Notes under the pieces: model-generated
Told to the model about the DNA's origin: nothing
The model's input: only the letters and a program-made list of their open reading frames with translations
Database searches by the model: none
Assembly: GCA_037137535.1 (NCBI GenBank)
Contig: JBAXKC010000045.1
Span: 1 to 18,290, forward strand
From: a bacterium
Lineage (GTDB): Bacteria; Cyanobacteriota; Vampirovibrionia; Gastranaerophilales; JBAXKC01
Length of the DNA stretch: 18,290 bases
Reading direction: 5' to 3'
Translations under genes and position numbers: made by a program
Shown here: positions 15,398-18,290 of the stretch, one piece after another
Position numbering within the stretch: the stretch's first letter is position 1
Layout: the number at the start of each line of letters is the position of its first letter

Positions 15398-15595
15398 TGC
15401 CTTGTTGTGCTTGCTTTTTACGCTGATTAATGAACTAAGATTATTTTTTTAAAAAACACTTCTAATGCCTCTAAAAATATGTTAAATTAAATAAAAACAA
15501 ACGAAGCAGTTTTTTTGTTTATTTAGTGTGAGAGTCTTTTGTGTAGTTAAGAAAAATATTTTCTATTTCATCTCGGTAAGGAAGGAGTCAATTTT

Positions 15596-17308
15596 ATGCA
15601 GTGGTTTAATGACCTTAACGTTCGTTCAAAAATGATGGTTTCAGCCTTTGTAAGTGCGGCATTTATAAGCGTTACCTGTTTTATGGTTTATGATGCTATT
15701 GCTTCAATTCAAAAGCAAAATTATTATTTAACGCATACAGTTCTTGAAGGAACAAGGCAGATTTCTCAGTTAAGCCGCAATATGGGCTATATTGAGTCTT
15801 ATACTTACGAAATGATTTTAAATCATGATTTGGATAAAATCGCTGAAGTCAAAGCAAAGCGTATGAAGTTAAGAGCTGATAATGATGCTATTTTAAAAGA
15901 TTTAGAGCAAGAACATGTTAAAGATTACAATAAAGAGGCTTATCAAACCTTTAAAAGTGATTTTATGAACTGGCGCAATGTTCAAGCTAAAGCAATGAAA
16001 TTTGCAGAGCAAAACAGAGATAATGATGCTTTTGAAACTTTTAACGGCAAGAATATAAATGTTAAAAAAGCTTCAGGCAGTATGGCGGCGTTAATTAAAA
16101 TTAATAATGATAAAGGTAATGAAGTTAATCAAAGTATAAAAAAAGAGATGGACTCTGCAATCTTTAAAATTATTGTTTTTACAATTTTATCGGCAATATT
16201 TTCATTTTTCATAAGTGCTATAATTTCATTAAAAATTGAAAAAGGTATTAAAGCAGTTGTTGACTCTCTCCATGAAGTTTCTAAAGGAAATTTAAAAATT
16301 AAGCAGCTTGATGTTAAAACTAAAGATGAAACGGGAATGTTGTCATTAGCATTAAATGAGACAGTAACTTCTTTAAAATCTTTGGTTCAGGAAGTGTCTG
16401 TTTCAGTTCAGGACATAACTGCAGGTTCTCAAGAGATGAATGCGGGAGTTGAGCAAACATCAATTGCTTCTCAACAGGTTTCTTTAAGCACTTCACAACT
16501 TGCAAAAGGTTCTCAGGAAATTTCTCAGAACGTTGAAGAATCTGCTTTCAGTATTGGAAAAATGAACTCGTTAATCCAAACAATCTCAGAAGATGCAATG
16601 GAAATTGCAGATCTGGGAAATGCAACTGAATCAACTGCAAATATCGGTAGAAATTCTGTAGAAAAAGCGATAACAAAAATCCATAATATTGAAAAGACTA
16701 CTGAAGGCATTTCTCAAACAATCAGTGAATTAGGAGCTTTATCTTCCGAAATAGGTCAGATTATCGATTTAATCAAGACAATAGCTGGACAAACCAATTT
16801 ATTAGCTCTAAATGCCGCAATTGAGGCAGCTAGAGCTGGCGAGCATGGTAAAGGCTTTGCAGTTGTAGCCGAAGAAGTTAAAAAACTTGCGGAACAGTCT
16901 GGCACTGCTACCGATAAAATCAATTCAATGATTAAAGAAATTCAATCTAAAACCCAACAAGCCGTTAAAGATATGAACAACGGTGTCGATGAAGTAAGAG
17001 AAGGTGTAGACGTTGTAAATGATGCAGGAGTTGCTTTAAATGATATAATTAAAGGAGTGCACGCTGCGAATAGTAAAATTCAGCATATAAATTCCGAAAT
17101 TAAATCTGTTGCGGATACTTCAGACGGTATTGTAAGAATGATTGAAAATATATCTGCCGTTGTTGAAGAAACTGCTGCAAGTTCTCAAGAAATTTCAGGT
17201 ATAGTCGAATTACAAACTACATCACTTGAAGAAATCAGTGCAAACACAAATACTTTAGCTAATATTGCAGAACATCTGTCAGAAAAAATTACTGTATTTA
17301 AGATATAA
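15596..17308 (+). CDS. Methyl-accepting chemotaxis protein (2 TM, 4-helix sensor, HAMP, signalling domain)
   Basis: [38 protein letters not shown], with a GGAAGGAG SD. Confidence 0.97.
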   Translation: MQWFNDLNVRSKMMVSAFVSAAFISVTCFMVYDAIASIQKQNYYLTHTVLEGTRQISQLSRNMGYIESYTYEMILNHDLDKIAEVKAKRMKLRADNDAILKDLEQEHVKDYNKEAYQTFKSDFMNWRNVQAKAMKFAEQNRDNDAFETFNGKNINVKKASGSMAALIKINNDKGNEVNQSIKKEMDSAIFKIIVFTILSAIFSFFISAIISLKIEKGIKAVVDSLHEVSKGNLKIKQLDVKTKDETGMLSLALNETVTSLKSLVQEVSVSVQDITAGSQEMNAGVEQTSIASQQVSLSTSQLAKGSQEISQNVEESAFSIGKMNSLIQTISEDAMEIADLGNATESTANIGRNSVEKAITKIHNIEKTTEGISQTISELGALSSEIGQIIDLIKTIAGQTNLLALNAAIEAARAGEHGKGFAVVAEEVKKLAEQSGTATDKINSMIKEIQSKTQQAVKDMNNGVDEVREGVDVVNDAGVALNDIIKGVHAANSKIQHINSEIKSVADTSDGIVRMIENISAVVEETAASSQEISGIVELQTTSLEEISANTNTLANIAEHLSEKITVFKI

Positions 17309-17321
17309 ACAGGAGTAGAAA

Positions 17322-17834
17322 ATGGCAAATCAGTTTTCAAAAGATGAAGAACTTCAGTTGATCGTTTTTAAATTAGCCACAGAGGAGTACACAGTTCCTA
17401 TAACTTGTGTTCAAGAAATTATTATGCCTCAAAAGCCCGTAAAATTGCCTAAAAGTCCTTCATTTGTCGAGGGTGTGATAAATTTAAGAGGTAAAATCAT
17501 TCCAATCATTGATGGAAGAAAGAAATTTGGAATGGAAACATCTGAAGCAACTAATGATACAAGAATAATGGTTTTAGAGTTTGATTTACATACTATTGGT
17601 GTAATTGTAGATTCTGTTTCAGAAGTAATTTATGTGAATACCAATGAAATAGAAAAATCTCCAATGGCGGAAGAGGATACCGTAGACTTTATCCAAGGGA
17701 TCTGCAAGTATAAAAACCGCTTGCTTATTCTAATTGACGGAGAAAAAGTTTTAAATACTCATGAGATTGAAAGTATAAAACAAACTGCTGCAATGGCAAA
17801 AAATATTTCTTCTATTGCAAATCAAATGGCATAA
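17322..17834 (+). CDS. cheW: Chemotaxis coupling protein CheW
   Basis: LIVFKL..EEY...VQEII...LPKSPSFVEGVINLRGKIIPIID...GVIVDSVSEV. Confidence 0.96.
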   Translation: MANQFSKDEELQLIVFKLATEEYTVPITCVQEIIMPQKPVKLPKSPSFVEGVINLRGKIIPIIDGRKKFGMETSEATNDTRIMVLEFDLHTIGVIVDSVSEVIYVNTNEIEKSPMAEEDTVDFIQGICKYKNRLLILIDGEKVLNTHEIESIKQTAAMAKNISSIANQMA

Positions 17835-17859
17835 ATTGAAGATTTAATTATGTGTTGTT

Positions 17860-17893
17860 AGGGACTGAAATTTATTCAGTCCCTGTTTGATTT
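17860..17893 (+). terminator. Intrinsic terminator of mcp-cheW
   Basis: AGGGACTGAA-attta-TTCAGTCCCT followed by a T-rich tail. Confidence 0.8.
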
Positions 17894-17942
17894 TTGGGCA
17901 AATTTTAAGAACTACAGTAAATAATTAAAATAAAGGAATAAA

Positions 17943-18105
17943 GTCATGCTGAAATTGTTTAAGCATCTCATAAAAACTATCATTGCGAGCATAGCGAAAC
18001 AATCCAAAGCATTTTTAGGTTTTTACATTTAGATTATCTTTGTTGCCGTATGATTTCGATGTCTAAAGTCATCGACTAACTTTTTATTTTTCGAAAAATA
18101 AAAAG
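17943..18105 (+). repeat. REP-like unit plus dispersed repeat segment 8 (5' half only)
   Basis: GTCATGCTGAAATTGTTTAAGCATC, then ATCATTGCGAGCATAGCGAAACAATC...CATCGACTAACTTTTTATTTTTCGAAAAATAAAAAG, cut at the AG core. Confidence 0.9.
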
Positions 18106-18290
18106 ATTATGTTATGGAAGTCAAATACTTTTTAGAATAATTGGAATCAAAAGGTGTTCTGTTTCTTAAAATAGCAGCGGCAGTTGCAAGCATTTTTCTC
18201 ATAACAGCGATAAGTGCTACTTTTTTAGCTTTACCTGATTCCGTAACAACTTTTGTGTAAACCTTAATTTTGAGAGATTAGAGAAATTTT
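18104..18290 (-). mobile_element. IS110-family right end, truncated by the window edge
   Basis: Minus strand ends TTGACTTCCATAACATAATCT, an outward -35 followed by a CT core, overlapping the transposase 3' end. Confidence 0.85.
18107..18277 (-). pseudogene. IS110-family transposase C-terminal fragment (not in the ORF track)
   Basis: Manual translation SLKIKVYTKVVTESGKAKKVALIAVMRKMLATAAAILRNRTPFDSNYSKKYLTSIT* matches the IS110 C-terminal GK.KKVAL.A.MRK motif. An in-frame TAA lies at 18280-18278. Confidence 0.8.

Noticed and set aside
13050-15595. c-di-GMP riboswitch or sigma28 promoter upstream of the PilZ or mcp genes
   Set aside because: No GEMM-type consensus or TAAA-N15-GCCGATAA match was found by eye.
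93-18105. Repeats as a CRISPR array
   Set aside because: The copies are long, dispersed, in both orientations and separated by whole genes. No cas genes are present.

Overview
AT-rich 18.3 kb bacterial window. The gene style suggests Melainabacteria/Vampirovibrionia, but that is inference only. Both edges are IS110-family ends on the minus strand. Positions 1-94 look like a left end carrying a bridge-RNA-like target-binding loop whose guides match the flanking insertion site. Positions 18104-18290 are a right end with the transposase C-terminus. Joining the two ends gives a TTGACT-17-TACAAT circle-junction promoter, and joining the two flanks restores a perfect hairpin of a ~230-260 bp multi-hairpin repeat found in 8 segments across the window. 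The middle holds a compact replicon-like module: an HTH initiator with intragenic iterons, a ~50-nt antisense RNA, a divergent HTH/coiled-coil Par-like gene and a coupled exported HNH nuclease. The window may therefore be a near-complete circular plasmid opened at one IS110 copy. Cargo includes an IS701-like element with an in-frame stop, a TPR-glycosyltransferase, a transglutaminase-like protein, a CHAP amidase, an EF-hand protein, an MshEN+PilZ protein, MCP-cheW and orphans. Five genes share a GCAATT-N12/13-TGTTTT upstream motif, and a candidate sRNA is complementary to the MCP leader. All calls were made by eye, with no searches run.
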